NCBI GenBank assembly: GCA_001275005.1
Contig: JWZX01002659.1
Span: forward strand, 1-55,861
Source: Chrysochromulina tobinii
Taxonomy: Eukaryota
Length of the DNA stretch: 55,861 nt
Reading direction: 5' to 3'
Below the pieces are notes generated by a model. That model was given only the letters and a program-made list of their open reading frames with translations, was not told the origin of the DNA and searched no databases. Positions 53,162 to 55,861 of the stretch are shown piece by piece. Each line of letters begins with the position of its first letter. Position 1 is the stretch's first letter. The position numbers and the translations under genes are program-made.

Positions 53162-53480
53162 CGCTGAAGGTGCCACGTCGTCGCGTCGTCGCGAGCGTGC
53201 AAACATTTGCCAAAATTGATCGTGTCGTGTCCGCGACCGCGAGCGGCAGCCTCGAGCCTGCCCCGTCGCGCTCGGGTCCCGCCTCGACGCGCGCGTTCAA
53301 ACCATGGTTCAAACCCGCCGTTGCGCGGCGAGCAGGTTTTCGTCCTCTTGTTCGTCCTCTACCACTCTCACGCCACTCATGCGTGGTATCCACAAACTTT
53401 CAATGTCCCAAACGCGGACCGCACAACTACGAATCGAATAGTAAGGTCACATCACACATGGTCGCACAACTATTAATAGG

Positions 53481-54530
53481 TCACAATCGTCCAATCGTGA
53501 CTCCTTGGGGCGGCTCAAAATAGCGCCCGACCAGCTCGCGCTCTTCGGCACTGAGGGCGGCCGGCATCTCGATCGCGAGCGTCACGTGCAGCTTGCCGAA
53601 CTCGCTCGGCACACCGTGCACGGGCATGCCCTCGCCCTCGATGACGAGCACCTGCCCGTGGCTCGCGATGCCTTCATGCTTGAGCAGTACCGGGTGACCG
53701 TCCAAATGATGGAGGGTGTGCTCAAAACCGAGGAGGGCCGCGCGCAGTGGGATCTTGAGCGACATGTGCAGCTCTGTGCCGTCGCGCCGGAAGACGGCAT
53801 GCCGCGCCGATTTGAGCTTCACCACAACGTTGCCCGGGATCTTGCCAGGCGTCTGCTCGCTCGCACGGGGGAAGACGACCTCTGTACCTTCCACGGTGCC
53901 GCGCTCGATGGTGGCGGCGAGCACCTTACTTTCCTCCTTGCACTTGTCAGGCGACGGCTCACTCACTTCCTGTTGCATGATCATCATGCCCATCCGTTGG
54001 TGCACCACCTTTTTGACCATCGGGCAAGACGGCCCGCAGCCTTCGCACTGCGGTTTGATCGGCTCAGAGCGGAGGTAGGAAGAGATCCCCGCACGCGGCT
54101 TGTCTCTGCACCCTCGGCACACGACCCGGCGGTTCACGGAGACGCGAACCGTCCCTCCCTTGTACATGTCCTCGAGAGGCACGCTGACAGTAACAGAGAC
54201 GTCGCCGCCTTGCTGGACACCCACCTCACGGCCCCACATATCGCGCTGGCCAACGCCCTTATTCACGGCCTCCATGCCGCCCGCCTCGTATAGCGCTCGC
54301 TTTTGATCGTCACTAAGCACCTCGTACGCGTTCGTCACCTGCTTGAAGACCGCCATGTCTCCGCCCTTGTCAGGGTGATGCTTGAGGCTCAACTTTCTGT
54401 ACGCCTTCTTGATCTCAGCTGCGGTGGCACTCTCATCGACGCCAAGCACCTCGTACAAATCTTCGTCGTCGCTCGCAACCGACGAGCTCAGCACGAGGAC
54501 CACGAGGAGCACAAAAGTGCGGCGGCGCAT
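53481..54530 (-). CDS. ER-luminal DnaJ (ERdj3/DNAJB11-like)
   Basis: Signal peptide, J domain with HPD, reduced Cys region and DnaJ C-terminal domain (HLDG..GEGMP..GKL). Confidence 0.9.
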   Translation of the reverse strand: MRRRTFVLLVVLVLSSSVASDDEDLYEVLGVDESATAAEIKKAYRKLSLKHHPDKGGDMAVFKQVTNAYEVLSDDQKRALYEAGGMEAVNKGVGQRDMWGREVGVQQGGDVSVTVSVPLEDMYKGGTVRVSVNRRVVCRGCRDKPRAGISSYLRSEPIKPQCEGCGPSCPMVKKVVHQRMGMMIMQQEVSEPSPDKCKEESKVLAATIERGTVEGTEVVFPRASEQTPGKIPGNVVVKLKSARHAVFRRDGTELHMSLKIPLRAALLGFEHTLHHLDGHPVLLKHEGIASHGQVLVIEGEGMPVHGVPSEFGKLHVTLAIEMPAALSAEERELVGRYFEPPQGVTIGRL

Positions 54531-54746
54531 CACAGCGGCGACACCGCGGCGGCTGCACACACAGGAGATGAATCTATAAACAGTCCAAGTTCAGTTTCAC
54601 TGCCAGTAAAAACCAGAAACACTTCGCGTCTTTTCTCCCAATTCGGACTCCCATTTGAGACCTGGGGCCTTTTTGCCTAGGCCTCACAGGCAGCGGTTCG
54701 CGCTCCGATTTGCCTGCGGCCAGTACATTTCAGACCCGGGTCTGAA

Positions 54747-55678
54747 ATGTACGGCGCAGGCGAATACGACAATGGATTCGTCCTGGATGCATTCCAGACT
54801 CTGGTCGGTGTCGCCCAGGCCCAGCCTCAGGTCGTTATCGCAACCGTTGCGCCCCCTGCTGCCCAGGAAGGCCATCAGGAAGAAGATGATAGCCCAGATG
54901 GCCTTCCTGATGGAGATGGTAGCGGAGGGGAGAAAACAGGAGCTTGGCCTCAGAGAGATAAGCTGGATCTGGTCAGACTTGATGCCGCACGCCAAATCCA
55001 AACGGGTTGGGTGCCATCAGGCTTTACCTTCCACGAAAAGCTCTCCGGGTGGAAACCGGAGCCCAGCAAACCGAGGCAGAGTGAGCTCTGGCAAGCGATC
55101 ATGGAGCGCGACCCGTCCCAGAAGCCCAAACACTGGGACGTGAAGAAGTGCGTCGCGTGGCTCATGCAGTCCGCAGCACTCCCCACAGCTACCATCTCAC
55201 CTGCACTGGGTGCTCCGGCCACTGCTCCGGCCACTGCAAAAACGGATAAGGAGCAGGACGAAGACGTGGTGACGCGCTGGTAACGCGCTGGTCTGCCTCG
55301 AAGATGATGCGCCTTCTGCATGTGTGCCTCTCTGATGAACTCTTCTCCGAGTTCCTGCAGCGCGATAAGAAGCTCACGCGCACGCAGCTCGACGCGAAGG
55401 CCAAAAACAGCTTCTGGCACTCGACTGCGATCACCTTCTGCGACATGTCCAAGACCTTCGACCTCATCGACTTCCCAGGAGTGGAGAGCGACAGGTACGC
55501 CAACCTCAAGGCCGGGCTTCTACCCACTAACTACGCCCTGACCGCTGAGAAGGCCAAGCAAGAGTTTGGCAACTTCCGCACCCTACTCACCAAGATCTAC
55601 ACGAGGTTCAAGCAGAGTGGCGAGGGTGACGATGTCGATGACGAAAAGACCGCCCAGGAAATGCAGGAGGGCCATTGA
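54747..55678 (+). pseudogene. Frameshifted hypothetical gene (one protein split into two ORFs)
   Basis: Removing 11 nt of the duplication ACGCGCTGGT-A-ACGCGCTGGT (55272-55292) fuses the ORFs: VVTRW-SASKMMRLLHV. Confidence 0.65.
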
Positions 55679-55699
55679 GGAGGGCGCAACCAAGCCCCA

Positions 55700-55730
55700 T
55701 GGCGAAGATGAATGCCATTCATCTTCGCCA
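55700..55730. repeat. Perfect 15-bp inverted repeat with a 1-nt spacer
   Basis: TGGCGAAGATGAATG-C-CATTCATCTTCGCCA. Confidence 0.95.
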
Positions 55731-55861
55731 ACATGAATGGCATTCGTGTGTCACGGCCAAGGTGCTTATGGGAAGCATAGGTCTGGGAGGTGCGCAGTGG
55801 GGTGGATGGTGTGCAGCAGTGAGGCTGTGTGCGCAAGCCAGTAGTGAGGGCATCAAGGGCA

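Noticed and set aside
54747..55678. Programmed frameshift, selenocysteine readthrough or transposase
   Set aside because: The first stop is TAA created by a duplication, there is no slippery site, and no DDE motif or terminal repeats are recognisable.

Overview
GC-rich eukaryotic nuclear DNA. It looks like a haptophyte alga (inferred from short GT-AG introns, signal-peptide+F plastid leaders, and 'SDGxCDDGGPG..GTDCxDCGPR' Cys modules). About 20 densely packed genes are present. Recognisable ones: PAP2 lipid phosphatase, SufE-BolA, IPT/Kelch protein, Mpv17, sterol desaturase, PX-domain protein, ERGIC-thioredoxin (PDI-C type), TPR protein, AK6/FAP7, KEA3-like antiporter with EF-hands, ESF1, ER DnaJ, and two inverted paralogous beta-propeller membrane proteins. 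Two things stand out. (1) A ~15 kb stop-free ORF (~4,850-5,038 aa) that strings together a GT8 glycosyltransferase, three sulfotransferase-like domains, a clan-A-like glycoside hydrolase, six ShKT modules and a ~28-copy Cys-rich repeat, with multibasic motifs at some domain borders. It is a candidate sulfated-polysaccharide synthesis/remodelling mega-enzyme or polyprotein. (2) Several introns whose ends duplicate the neighbouring exon sequence and that share a TGATTGC-containing motif, suggesting ongoing intron creation. Domain calls are made by eye from motifs; no database search was run.
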